Positions 18,711-29,146 of a stretch of DNA of 64,000 nucleotides are shown one piece after another. Numbering within the stretch: position 1 is the stretch's first letter; every line of letters starts with the position of its first letter. This DNA comes from a virus: IMG/VR virus record IMGVR_UViG_3300033149_006574, positions 12,652-76,651 of that record; one strand, 5' to 3'. Below the pieces are notes generated by a model. That model had not been told where the DNA came from and did no database searches. It worked only from the letters and a program-made list of their open reading frames with translations. The position numbers were made by a program, and so were the translations under genes.

Positions 18711-19499
18711 ATGGAAAATAAAATCAATTCAATTATTTGTGGTGATTCGTTAGAAGAACTTAAAAAGATAAAAAGTAGGTCTATTGATTTAATTATTACA
18801 TCGCCCCCATACAATACGGGAATTTCGTATGATAAACATGATGACAGACAGGATTATAAAGTATATCTAAATAATATGGCAAAAATATTTGAACAATGTT
18901 ATCGGATATTGGTTAAAGGCGGTCGCATAGCACTAAATAGTCCCTCAATGATTATGCAGCATACAGGTTCAAGAGTAGCATATCTTAGCATTGATTTTTT
19001 ATTAGCATTGAGAAAAGTTGGGTTTCAAGACCGCGAAATGATAATTTGGATTAAGTCAAAGCCATCTAAAATTGGAAATGAATGGGCTATTCTTCCATCA
19101 GGGCATAGTACAAGTTGGGGCAGTTGGAAATCAGCTTCTAACCCTAGTATAAGGGATGCAAGTGAATTTATAATTGTTATGCATAAGGAAACGCCAAAAT
19201 TACAAACAAAAGGAATATCAGATATTACAAGAGATCAATTTTTGGCATGGACGACCAACGCCTTTTATTTTCCACCAGAGACATCTATGCGCAGATTTCA
19301 TCCAGCTCCATTTCCTTTGGAATTGCCAAGGCGTCTTATTCTATTATATTCATGCAAAAATGCGATAATTTTAGATCCATTTTGTGGAATAGGCACCACA
19401 TGTCTGGCTGCGAAAAGATTAGGTAGAAGATATATTGGGATTGATATTTCTCCAACATATTGCAGAATTGCTAGAGATAGATTGAACGAGTTGCTTTAA
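18711..19499 (+). CDS. N4-C/N6-A DNA methyltransferase (beta class)
   Basis: TSPPYN, HPAPFP, DPFCGIGTT. Confidence 0.9.
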   Translation: MENKINSIICGDSLEELKKIKSRSIDLIITSPPYNTGISYDKHDDRQDYKVYLNNMAKIFEQCYRILVKGGRIALNSPSMIMQHTGSRVAYLSIDFLLALRKVGFQDREMIIWIKSKPSKIGNEWAILPSGHSTSWGSWKSASNPSIRDASEFIIVMHKETPKLQTKGISDITRDQFLAWTTNAFYFPPETSMRRFHPAPFPLELPRRLILLYSCKNAIILDPFCGIGTTCLAAKRLGRRYIGIDISPTYCRIARDRLNELL

Positions 19500-19579
19500 T
19501 TACCCCCTCAGAGCCTCAAATTTGCGATTTAAGAGGGGAAATAGGAAAGGGAATAGGTAAATAAGAGAGAAGAGAAAAA

Positions 19580-20629
19580 ATGGAAGATAAACAGGAATTA
19601 GGGAAGCGATTATTAGATATCGTATTAGATAGAGAGCCAGATTATAATCCACCAATACTTTTAGGAAAAGATAATTTAAGACCTCAGAGCTTTTCAGATT
19701 TCATAGGGCAGGAAAAGGTTAAGGCTCAACTTAAAATTGCGGTAGAAGCATCTCAAAAATTATCTACTTCAATAGACCATATTCTTTTAACTTCTTTTTT
19801 ACCTGGAACGGGAAAAACAACATTAGCTAATATAGTGGCAAAAGAAAGAAAGGTAAAATTTTATATGGCTAATGCGGGAAGCATAGAGAAATATGTAGAT
19901 TTATTTTGTTTATTAGGACAAGCCAGAAAGGATAAAAATCCAATTATATTCATAGATGAGATACATAATTTAAAAACAGCATTAGCGGAAAGTATTTACA
20001 ATGTTATGGAAGATCCTAATATGGAATTAACATATGAAGAATCTAACTGGGGAACAATTAGTTTTAAAATGCCACCATTTACTTTAATAGGTGCAACTGC
20101 AGGAAATCAAGGAATGTTACCCTCTCCATTTTTAGATAGATTTGGAATTAAAATAACATTGGAAGCTTATACAATTGAGGATATTATAAAGTTAATTAAG
20201 AAGAATATTAAAAAATTTCATATCAATTTAAATCAAAATGTTATAGAGGCTTTAGCCCAGATGTCTTGTTACACTCCTCGTCTGGCTAATAATTTACTGA
20301 AGCAATTATATAATTATTGTATTGTTAAAAAGATTAAAAATATAACAATGAAAGATTTTTCTGCATTTAAGAAATTATATGATTTAGATGATTTAGGGTT
20401 AGATATGCCATCCCGTATGATTATTAAGGCATTAGCTGAAAGTCCTAAGGGTGCATTGGGAATCGATTCCCTTGCCAGAAAAACCCGAATAAATAAAAAT
20501 ACTATGATTCAGATTTATGAACCTAAATTGCTTGCATTGAAATTGATTGATTATATGCCACGTGGTCGTGTATTAACACAAATTGGAAAGAGGTATTTTA
20601 TTGAGAAAATGGATAAAAAGGAGAAATAA
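19580..20629 (+). CDS. ruvB: Holliday-junction branch-migration ATPase RuvB
   Basis: LRPQSFSDFIGQEKVK, PGTGKTT, FIDEIH, FTLIGAT, PFLDRFG, TPRLAN, YEPKL, PRGR. Confidence 0.92.
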   Translation: MEDKQELGKRLLDIVLDREPDYNPPILLGKDNLRPQSFSDFIGQEKVKAQLKIAVEASQKLSTSIDHILLTSFLPGTGKTTLANIVAKERKVKFYMANAGSIEKYVDLFCLLGQARKDKNPIIFIDEIHNLKTALAESIYNVMEDPNMELTYEESNWGTISFKMPPFTLIGATAGNQGMLPSPFLDRFGIKITLEAYTIEDIIKLIKKNIKKFHINLNQNVIEALAQMSCYTPRLANNLLKQLYNYCIVKKIKNITMKDFSAFKKLYDLDDLGLDMPSRMIIKALAESPKGALGIDSLARKTRINKNTMIQIYEPKLLALKLIDYMPRGRVLTQIGKRYFIEKMDKKEK

Positions 20630-20666
20630 TAGCCTCTAATTTAAATTATATGGCTATTTTGACCCC

Positions 20667-20695
20667 TTGACAACTGTCCATTTGTGAAATATAAT
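20667..20695 (+). promoter_or_regulatory. Perfect-consensus sigma70 promoter
   Basis: TTGACA-N17-TATAAT. Confidence 0.9.
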
Positions 20696-20720
20696 CAAGA
20701 AAAAAGGGAGAAAAAAGTAA

Positions 20721-21158
20721 ATGGAAAGTAGAGAAAAAGCACGAGAAAGATCTAGACTTTGGTATTTGGCTAATAAAGAGCGTCATAAGGAATATAATAA
20801 GAAATATTATTCTCTCAATAAAGAAAGGGTTAGAGAGTATCAAAGAAAATATCGTAGGGAACATAAGGATTGGTATAAAAATTATTATTTAGCTAATAGG
20901 GAGAGAATTTTACAAAAACAAAGAGAATGGCGTATATCCCATTTTAAGGTTAAAAAGAAATTGGTTCCTGACAATTGGATAACAACGCAACAGGTCTGCC
21001 AAATGCTGAATGTTTCCAGGGAAAGAGTGCGTCAATTAAGAAATGAAAGAAGGATTCCATATCTTGAATTAAGTTCTCATATTCTTATCTATCCTAAAGA
21101 TGAAATAGAGAAAAAGAGGAGGATGAGAGATGTCAAAACCAGCAAGATTATTAGTTAA
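20721..21158 (+). CDS. Basic helical-repeat protein with C-terminal HTH_17 domain
   Basis: Repeated YY.AN(K/R)ER; WITTQQVCQMLNVSRERVRQL. Confidence 0.75.
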   Translation: MESREKARERSRLWYLANKERHKEYNKKYYSLNKERVREYQRKYRREHKDWYKNYYLANRERILQKQREWRISHFKVKKKLVPDNWITTQQVCQMLNVSRERVRQLRNERRIPYLELSSHILIYPKDEIEKKRRMRDVKTSKIIS

Positions 21159-21474
21159 AGAAGTGGCAAGGATAATGGATACTTCAAATGTATATGCTCA
21201 GAGAATGATTAATGCTGTGATTGCGGGTATTTTAAGAGAAATTATAGAAAAAGGAGAATGTTCTATTTTTAATTTTGGTTTATTTTATACCCATCGAAGA
21301 AAATCATACGTAGCTCCATTCGATAAGAATGTTATTATTCCCCCAAAAATTCAAATTTCTTTTCGTCCATCTAAAAGTGTAAAAAAGCTGATCAACTCTA
21401 AAAGCCAGGAGGAACAAAGTGGAGAACAAAGTGAAGATGAGGACAGGGAGTTTGGACAGCATTCCGATACCTGA
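21130..21474 (+). CDS. HU/IHF-like DNA-binding protein
   Basis: CSIFNFGLF...IPPKIQISFRPSKSVKKLIN. Confidence 0.8.
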   Translation: MSKPARLLVKEVARIMDTSNVYAQRMINAVIAGILREIIEKGECSIFNFGLFYTHRRKSYVAPFDKNVIIPPKIQISFRPSKSVKKLINSKSQEEQSGEQSEDEDREFGQHSDT

Positions 21475-23764
21475 GTTAAATAATTTTCATAATAAGCTTG
21501 TAGGGAAATTGGCAGAAGGAATAATTCAAAGTGTTGAGTTATATGTCAGGATCCATATTCAGCCAAAACCTAAGTGGTTACCAAAATGGCTCTGGTATAA
21601 AATTTTAAAGAGATTATTGGTTTTACAAAGATTTTCGGACTTCAACCATGAATAAAATCTATGCTATGCACATTACAATAGAAATTAAAGCCAGAAGCTT
21701 AGAAAGTGCATTAAAAAAATTGGAACCATTAAAAAATCGCAAAAAATATAAAGTAGTTAAAATAGAATATGCGAATGCATATAGAAAGTAGGGGTTTATT
21801 AAAATGCAATTTGATCTAAAAAGGGTTAAAGAAGCTGAGGAATATCTGAGGGATTATAATAAGGGCCAAGATATATTTGAAAGGGTTTATCGGTCATATC
21901 ATGGTAGCTATAAAATTATTTGGGCAAGGTATGATGCAATTTATTTTCTGTATCTATCACTCTACATATTGAAACTGGTTAATAAGACCGAAAATGATGA
22001 AGAGAAGCTTATTAAAGTTATTAAACCATGTATTAGAAAGTCATCCCTTACACAAAAGATCTTTAGCGAAATGGTTAAAAATGATTTCATGAAAGTAAAA
22101 AAAGCTTGGTACGACATTGAAGACCATATAATTCCATACTTAGGTTATTTAATCTTTTTCAAAACTATTCTGGAATGTCTTATTGAGTATGCCCATAAAA
22201 GAACTGGAAATGAACCATATGGAAGATTCATAGAATATTTTGAAGGAACTGCTGAATATTTTATAGGAGATTTATATGTATCAGAAAAGAAAAAAGATAA
22301 AATATCCAACCGATAAAAATGTTTTAAGAATTATTAAAAAATTTCTACATGATTATCAGGTAGTTGGTGTTCTACGTACAACTCCAGTTCAAGAATTTTG
22401 GATAGCAGGAATGCCACGTATAGAACATACCGGTGCTTGTAGAATTACTTTAGAGGGATATAAGTTACGGAAATGGGAATTAAAAAAAAAGAATAAGAAA
22501 GGAGGGTAATTAAAATGACAGATGTTAAAGATTTCGATGAAAATTCAATTGAAATACATGAGGGGGTAACGGATGAAAGGTAATTTTAAAAACTTTCCAT
22601 ATTTGAAAGAAGTATTATGCAAGATGTGTTCAATGGTTGGAGCTGATTTTAATAAAATAGATTTTAAGGAAAGATATTGGTTTCGAAAATATTCTTGGAC
22701 ACAGGAAAAAGAAAAAGAATTTTCTGAATGGCTTTTCAATTATTTAAAAACTAATAGAAAAGCAAGAAATGAATTAATGGAAGTTCCTTTAAATAATAAC
22801 AAAGCTATAAAAAATTTTATTCAAATGTTTCTTCTCTCTTATGGTTGGACTTACACAGAATGAAAGGAGGCTCAAAATGTTTAAATTTTTTGCTTGGGTA
22901 GTTATGGTAACTATAGTTTTAAAGTTATTGATCACCCCGTATTATGCTGGACAAAAAAAAGAAAAAGGGCATTTTGATATATCAGATATTATTGCGACAA
23001 TAGTTGAAGCAACGATATTGGTGCCTTTATGTTTAAGAGTTCTGGAAATAATTTAAATGGAAAAATTGGAAGTTAAAATTTTGGGATATATGGTAAGAGG
23101 CATTAAACTCGAATTAATATACTTACCGCAAATGTCCTCTAAATATTCCATTAGAACCGGAAGGACTATGCTTGATTCTTTCGATAATGAGGAAAAGGCA
23201 ACAATATATTTCAATGGGGTAAAAGAAGGAATAGAAATAGGCTATAACCAGAAAGGGGGTGAATAAGATGAACCGGGAAGACTGGAAAGATTTTTGCACA
23301 TTTGTTCTCGTTATTGCAATCATTATAAGTATTTCATTTGCCATTGTTAGTGTTCCGCTTTTGATTAGCTCATCTAAACGGGCTAGAGTGATTAATGAAG
23401 AATTCGGAACACAATATACAACTTGGGATATGTTTTTGGCAGGAAAAACAATTGAAAGAGTATTGATAGGGCAGAAACATCATATTGAAATTAATGAGGA
23501 GGTGATTGGTAAATGATCACATTAGGAAAAAAAGTAAAAGATAGAATAACAGGCTTCGTAGGAATTGCAACTGGCAGGGCAGTATATTTGAATGATTGTG
23601 TTCGCGTTCAGGTTACACCTTCGAAACTCAAAAATCCAAAAGCTGAACCCGAATGGTTCGATGAAGAGGATTTAAAAGAAATTGGACCAGGAATACTTAC
23701 TAAGCCCAAAAAGCCAACGGGTGGTCCACGTAGATATGAACCAAAAAAGAGGAGGATAAAATGA
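21419..23764 (+). CDS. Run of small hypothetical genes (21419..21655, 21804..22316, 22276..22509, 22573..22863, 22877..23056, 23057..23266, 23268..23516, 23513..23764), two with TM helices
   Basis: ORF track; SDs and overlaps. Confidence 0.6.
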
Positions 23765-24756
23765 AAGAAAAGGAACAGGAAGAATTCGTGAATGGAGAGA
23801 AAACATTAGTACCAACAGAAATAATCTCTCCGCTAGAGGCAATTACAAAAGGGGAGATTGATACGCAGATTGCAACAGCAAAGCGTTATCCACGCTCAAT
23901 TGATGCATTCTATAAGAATGCTCTTTCAATGGCAACTGGTAATAAGGATATCGCCCAGAGATGTTTTTATCGCTTAGAGAGAACGGATAAAAATGGGAAA
24001 AAGGTAATAATTGAAGGGCCTAGTATTCGTTTAGCAGAAATATGTGCTAACTCATGGGGAAATTTTAGATATGGTGCTAGAATTGTAGGTGAGAACGATA
24101 AAACAGTGGTAGCACAGGGCGTTGCTTTTGACCTGGAAAGAAATGTTTCCTCTTCTATTGAAGTCTCTCGCCGAATAACGACAAAAACAGGACAAAAATT
24201 TTCCGATGATATGATACAGGTTACTAAGAATGCAGCCTGTTCAATTGCACTAAGAAATGCTATTAATAAGGTAATACCCTATGCTTACATACAGGGTATA
24301 TATGAACAGGCAAAACAAGTCGCAGTGGGAACAAAGAAAACATTGAAAACTCGAAAGAAAGAACTCTTGGAAATGTATAAAGAATTGGGAATAACGGAAA
24401 AACAACTTTTAGAGAAATTAGAAAAACCAAGTATGGCAGATATTACACTTACGGACATTGAAAGAGGGTTAGGCCTTTACACTGCGATAAAAGATGGCGA
24501 TACGACAATTTCTGAACAATTTGGCCCAAAGTCCACTAAGCCAGAAGTAGAAATGCCACAAGCAAAAAAGCCAGGAAGGCCCTCTAGCTTTCTTCTCGAA
24601 ATTAAACCTCTAGTAGATAAAGTAAAAGATTCTAATAGTTACGAAAATCTATTAAATAACTTTGGCGTATCTTCGCCACTTGAAATTCCGAAAGAACAAC
24701 AAGAGGAATTTCTAATACAATTAAAAGAAATAGCAAATGCAGAATCTTCAAGCTAA
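23761..24756 (+). CDS. Putative ssDNA-annealing/recombination protein
   Basis: EIDTQIATAKRYPRS...GPSIRLAE...DLERN motif; sits next to an exonuclease gene. Confidence 0.6.
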   Translation: MKEKEQEEFVNGEKTLVPTEIISPLEAITKGEIDTQIATAKRYPRSIDAFYKNALSMATGNKDIAQRCFYRLERTDKNGKKVIIEGPSIRLAEICANSWGNFRYGARIVGENDKTVVAQGVAFDLERNVSSSIEVSRRITTKTGQKFSDDMIQVTKNAACSIALRNAINKVIPYAYIQGIYEQAKQVAVGTKKTLKTRKKELLEMYKELGITEKQLLEKLEKPSMADITLTDIERGLGLYTAIKDGDTTISEQFGPKSTKPEVEMPQAKKPGRPSSFLLEIKPLVDKVKDSNSYENLLNNFGVSSPLEIPKEQQEEFLIQLKEIANAESSS

Positions 24757-25312
24757 GATAAAAGATTGGCCACATGTAACTGAAATTCTCAAGGCAGAAA
24801 GCTTTATTGATTATTCATCTATTAATGAAGACATCTTGTCTGCTAATCAGCGTTTTGGAACAGCAGTGCATAAAGCCACAGAGCTTTCTGACCTTGAGAT
24901 ATTAGATATAACAACTCTATCAAAGTCACTTATCCCTTATCTTAATGCTTGGGAAAAAGCAAAAAAAGAACTTGGATTAAAAGTATTAAAACAGTATGTA
25001 GAAAAATTAGTCTGGTCAAATCGATGGAAATTCAGAGGAACGCTTGACCGGATTATGGAAAGAAGGGGGAAATTAGCCCTGATAGAAATAAAAGCAACAG
25101 CTTCAATTTTACCGGCTAATTGTCTTCAAACTGCTTTCTATCAAATTGCTTTTGAGGAAATGACCAGGAAAAAGATAAAAGAACGGTGGGTCATACGATT
25201 AAAACCTGATGGTTATGAGGCAAAACTTTGTAAAGAAATGTCTGATAAAGATGTTTGTATCGGTATGGTGCAATCATATTATTGGAAAAGAATGCATTTG
25301 AAAAGGGGGTAA
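24737..25312 (+). CDS. PD-(D/E)XK exonuclease (RecB/Cas4-like)
   Basis: PHVTEIL, GTAVH, E...FRGTLDR...LIEIKAT...QTAFY. Confidence 0.8.
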   Translation: MQNLQAKIKDWPHVTEILKAESFIDYSSINEDILSANQRFGTAVHKATELSDLEILDITTLSKSLIPYLNAWEKAKKELGLKVLKQYVEKLVWSNRWKFRGTLDRIMERRGKLALIEIKATASILPANCLQTAFYQIAFEEMTRKKIKERWVIRLKPDGYEAKLCKEMSDKDVCIGMVQSYYWKRMHLKRG

Positions 25313-25314
25313 TC

Positions 25315-25992
25315 ATGCCAACGAAATTAATCCCAAAAGAGGCAGAAGAATTTGTAGGTAATACTCTTCAGGAACTCCAGAGGATTACAGAAGTAAATAT
25401 TACTAGTAAAGAAGATTATATAAGAGCAAATGATATATTGAAACAGATAAAGAAAAAAGAAAAAGAATTACTGAATATCCGTTTATCAATAACCCGTCCT
25501 TTGGATGATAGTAAAGCAAAAATAATAGATTTTTTTAGACCAACACAAGAAAATTTAGCAAGAGTAAAGAATATATATAATAATGCTATGATAAAATGGC
25601 ATCAGGAACAAGAAAATAAACGTATAGCTGAAGAAAAACGTTTGCAAGAGCTGGCAAAAAAAGAAGAGGAAAAAAAGCGTCAATCCTTATTAAAAAGAGC
25701 AGAAAAGCAAAGAGAAAAAGGTAATATAGAAAAGGCAGAAGAACTAAAAGAAAAAGCAGAGGATATATATATCCCTTCCCCTGTTGTTATATCAGATGAA
25801 CCAAAACCAAAAGGAACTTATATAATTAAAACTTGGAAATATAAAGTAATCGATATTTCGAAAGTAGACCGGAAATGGTTAATACCAAATGATAAAATGC
25901 TTACAGATTTTGCAAGGGCAACAAAAGGACAAGTGCCGATAGAAGGCATAGAGTTTTATTGCATAGAAACTATTGCTAATAGAGAAACGTGA
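25315..25992 (+). CDS. Coiled-coil phage protein of the recombination module
   Basis: RLSITRPLD...WKYKVIDISKV...IEGIEF; SD GGGGG before ATG 25315. Confidence 0.7.
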   Translation: MPTKLIPKEAEEFVGNTLQELQRITEVNITSKEDYIRANDILKQIKKKEKELLNIRLSITRPLDDSKAKIIDFFRPTQENLARVKNIYNNAMIKWHQEQENKRIAEEKRLQELAKKEEEKKRQSLLKRAEKQREKGNIEKAEELKEKAEDIYIPSPVVISDEPKPKGTYIIKTWKYKVIDISKVDRKWLIPNDKMLTDFARATKGQVPIEGIEFYCIETIANRET

Positions 25993-26121
25993 AAAAAGAT
26001 GAAGAAAATTTTTAAATATCAAATACCTTTTGAACATCAGTATTTTGACCTTGCTTTACCAAAAGGTTCACGAATTTTAACTTTACAATTGCAGGATGGT
26101 ATTCCTTATTTATCTATTCCG

Positions 26122-27325
26122 GGCAAGAAGACCCCATCCGCAAGGGTGGGGATGAATTGCCTCTCTTGATTTTTAGGCAGAAGTAATATATCACATAAAT
26201 ATGAGATTAACATACAAATACAGACTTTTTCCCGCAAAGAAACACGAGACAATTCTTGACAAGACATTGGAAGAATGTCGCTGGCTCTATAATCATTTCC
26301 TTAAAGAACGCAAAATTTCCTGGGAAAAGAATAAAAAATCTCTTAATTATCATTCTCAAGCAGTATCCATTCCTAAACTTAAAAAGCAAAGACCATCTCT
26401 TAATTCCATATATTCTCAGGTCCTGCAGAACGTTGCTATTCGTGTTGACCTTGCATTTAAGGCATTCTTCCGCAGAGTTAAATCTGGTGAAAAACCAGGT
26501 TATCCTCGCTTCAGAGGACAGGGTAGATATGATTCGTTTTGTTATCCTCAAACAGGATTCAAGATAATTAAGAATAAACTTAATCTTTCTAAAGTAGGTT
26601 CTATTGAAATCAAAATAAAAGGAATTATTAAGAACCTTACTATCAGAAAACAGAGAGATAAATGGTATGCCTGTTTTTCCTGTGAAGTTAAGAGTAAACC
26701 TCTTAAAGAATCTAAACATGCTATTGGTATAGATATGGGACTTGAAACTTTTGCCACATTTTCTAATGGCCAAAAGATAGAAAATCCTCGCTTTTTCAAG
26801 ACAGACCAAAAGGCACTTGCCAGAGCCCAAAGAAAATTGTCTAAACAGAAAAAAGGTTCTCTTGAAAGAAAGAAAGCTAAAAAGATTGTTGCTCGTATTC
26901 ACGAAAGAATCTCTAATAGACGAAATAACTTTTGCCATCAGGAAGCAAGAAAGATTATCAATCGCTTTGGTATAATTTGTATTGAAGATTTGTCTATCAA
27001 TCAAATGCAAAGAGACAACTTCAGAAGTATTAACAGGAGCATTGACGATGTAGCGTGGGGACAATTTGCTCAATATCTCTCCTACAAAGCAGAATACGCT
27101 GGTAGGCAATTGATAAGAGTAAATCCTGCTTATACATCGCAAACTTGTTCTCGGTGCGGACAAAGACAAAAACTTAAATTGTCTGAACGTGTATATCATT
27201 GCAACTCCTGTGGTTTTTCGCTTGACCGAGATATAAATGCTTCTCTAAACATTTTGAGATTGGGAACACAATCTCTTGGTATCCAATCCATAGAAGCCCC
27301 TTCCGTCAGGTAGGGGAATGTTCAC
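26122..27325 (+). mobile_element. Non-autonomous IS200/IS605-family element (tnpB only, IS1341-like)
   Basis: Left-end hairpin GGCAAGAAGACCCCATCCGCAAGGGTGGGGATGAATTGCC; right-end hairpin AAGCCCCTTCCGTCAGGTAGGGG ending TCAC; no TnpA; no target duplication. Confidence 0.85.
26201..27313 (+). CDS. tnpB: TnpB RNA-guided endonuclease
   Basis: TYKYRLFP, GYPRFR, RuvC I GIDMG, RuvC II IEDL, Zn finger CSRCG/CNSCG, RuvC III DRDINA. Confidence 0.95.
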   Translation: MRLTYKYRLFPAKKHETILDKTLEECRWLYNHFLKERKISWEKNKKSLNYHSQAVSIPKLKKQRPSLNSIYSQVLQNVAIRVDLAFKAFFRRVKSGEKPGYPRFRGQGRYDSFCYPQTGFKIIKNKLNLSKVGSIEIKIKGIIKNLTIRKQRDKWYACFSCEVKSKPLKESKHAIGIDMGLETFATFSNGQKIENPRFFKTDQKALARAQRKLSKQKKGSLERKKAKKIVARIHERISNRRNNFCHQEARKIINRFGIICIEDLSINQMQRDNFRSINRSIDDVAWGQFAQYLSYKAEYAGRQLIRVNPAYTSQTCSRCGQRQKLKLSERVYHCNSCGFSLDRDINASLNILRLGTQSLGIQSIEAPSVR

Positions 27326-27411
27326 GATGATTCGTCAGTTCAATTTATTGGAATGTTTCAAAGGGTGGGATATGTATTCCATTTGTTTGAACTTTTTATA
27401 GGAGGGGAAAA

Positions 27412-27654
27412 ATGTTGAAAAAAGATGTAATTGGTTTAATTTTACTCTGTATTGGGTTAGCTTTAGGTGCATGGCTGGGAGCTAAGATAATGTTAATTGA
27501 CGGGATAATTCAGATAATCGAATCAATAAAAGCTCATCCAACAATTACCTCAGGAGTTACTTGCGGAATTGTTCGTGTTTTATTTTCGGGTGTGATTGCT
27601 TGGTCAATTTGGGCTATAACTATTGCAATATGGAAATCTTTCTTTTCTGATTGA
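27412..27654 (+). CDS. Two-TM membrane protein
   Basis: Hydrophobic helices; SD GGAGG. Confidence 0.7.
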   Translation: MLKKDVIGLILLCIGLALGAWLGAKIMLIDGIIQIIESIKAHPTITSGVTCGIVRVLFSGVIAWSIWAITIAIWKSFFSD

Positions 27655-27828
27655 CATGAAAATGCCTAAAAACATCAAAAAACTTCGTTCGGTTTGTTGC
27701 AATGCAAGAATAAATGTATCTAAATTCTTCCCTGATTTTTTGAGGGATGATCCTAAAACAATGAAGCAGGGAACAAGCTATTTCATTTGTGTAAAGTGTG
27801 GTAAGCCATGTAATGTAAAAATAGAAAA

Positions 27829-28410
27829 ATGAAATTTGGAAAAGATTTAATCATATTTGATTTAGAATGCACAGGTAGTGATAAAGAGCTTTATTCAATT
27901 TGCGAAATTGGTGCTGTTCGGGTATGCAGAGTTTCGCTTATAATTATAGATGAATTTCAATCACTAGTTAAACCCTATATTAATAATTTTGAACCAGAAG
28001 CAATGGCGGTTCATAAGATACCTATTGAGATGCTTCAAAAAGCACCTGATATAAATATAGTTCTTGATAAATTTGAAAATTGGATTGCTAAGGGTAATAA
28101 TTCAAAATTGGAATCAAATGAACTTGCCTGTCGTAAGGTTACACTTGCTGGCTGGGGTGCTTCATATTTCGATGTGCCATTTTTACAAGAGGCATATAAA
28201 ATCATTAATCGCCCCTGGCCATTTGATTATAAGGTAATCGATGTAAAAACAATTGTTCGTTGGGAGTTTGCAAAGCAAAATAAACCCTTTAGAGGGGGGT
28301 TAGATAAATGTAGTAGACGATTAAATTTTACAATGGAAGGAACACATCATCGTGCTATCGATGACGCTAAAACAACAGCTAGAATTTTGAGTGCAATTTC
28401 TTATTGGTAG
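27829..28410 (+). CDS. DEDDh 3'-5' exonuclease (DnaQ-like)
   Basis: FDLECTG, FDVPFL, HHRAIDDA. Confidence 0.9.
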   Translation: MKFGKDLIIFDLECTGSDKELYSICEIGAVRVCRVSLIIIDEFQSLVKPYINNFEPEAMAVHKIPIEMLQKAPDINIVLDKFENWIAKGNNSKLESNELACRKVTLAGWGASYFDVPFLQEAYKIINRPWPFDYKVIDVKTIVRWEFAKQNKPFRGGLDKCSRRLNFTMEGTHHRAIDDAKTTARILSAISYW

Positions 28411-28419
28411 ACAAAACCA

Positions 28420-28758
28420 GTGCGAAAAATAAGATATTTATATAATAGAGAGACAGAAAGAACCTTAGAATATCTTAAACAACGATTACATAAAGTTAGG
28501 GTTGTTCTTGCAGGACCACAGACTATTGATAAAGAGCATTTAGGCGAATGCTATAGGGACAATGGTAGAATAAAGATTAGAATTAAAGCAAATACCAGGA
28601 GCATAAAAAAAGTTCTTTTACATGAGATATTAGAGGCAATAGCGATGATTCTCTATAAAACGAATCAGGTCATAGATGTCAATAAAAATACCAATATAGA
28701 AATATTTGACCACGCCAATATAGATAGAACAGTAAAAAAAATATTAAAACAAAAATGA
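28420..28758 (+). CDS. Zincin-like protein (HEILE variant)
   Basis: LGECY...VLLHEILEAI. Confidence 0.5.
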   Translation: MRKIRYLYNRETERTLEYLKQRLHKVRVVLAGPQTIDKEHLGECYRDNGRIKIRIKANTRSIKKVLLHEILEAIAMILYKTNQVIDVNKNTNIEIFDHANIDRTVKKILKQK

Positions 28759-29141
28759 GCTATCAAAAAATAAGAAAGCCGGTAATTTGTATTGATTTTG
28801 ATGGTGTAATAGCAAATTATGATGAGGGCTGGAGGGGAGAAAATGTCTTTGGCGATCCCATACCATTTGCCTCAGAAACAATTCAAAAATTAAAAAGTGA
28901 TGGCTGGTATATAGTCATTTTTACTACTCGGCAGGAAACAAAAGAATTGCGTGAGTATTTATCAAAAAATAATATACCTTATGATGCTATAAATTCAATA
29001 GAGCATAATCCTCCGAATACTTCTATCAAACCGTTCTTTGATATGATTCTTGACGATAGAACGCCACATACTTATGGTAAAAAATGGAACTGGAAAAAGA
29101 TTTATAAATTAATAAGAAAACATTATCCACCATGGTTTTAA
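28755..29141 (+). CDS. HAD-family phosphatase (PNKP 3'-phosphatase-like)
   Basis: ICIDFDGVI, IFTTR, KP..DMILDDR. Confidence 0.8.
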   Translation: MSYQKIRKPVICIDFDGVIANYDEGWRGENVFGDPIPFASETIQKLKSDGWYIVIFTTRQETKELREYLSKNNIPYDAINSIEHNPPNTSIKPFFDMILDDRTPHTYGKKWNWKKIYKLIRKHYPPWF

Positions 29142-29146
29142 TCTAA

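Larger units (their letters stand above)
25999..27418 (+). pseudogene. Small phage gene interrupted by the TnpB element
   Basis: Left part MKKIFKYQIP...LPKGSRILTLQLQDGIPYLSIP and right part DDSSVQFIGMFQRVGYVFHLFE rejoin in frame if 26122-27325 is removed. Confidence 0.7.

Noticed and set aside
26207-27199. 330-aa antisense ORF over tnpB
   Set aside because: Shadow frame with no SD or recognisable motifs; the plus strand is clearly TnpB.
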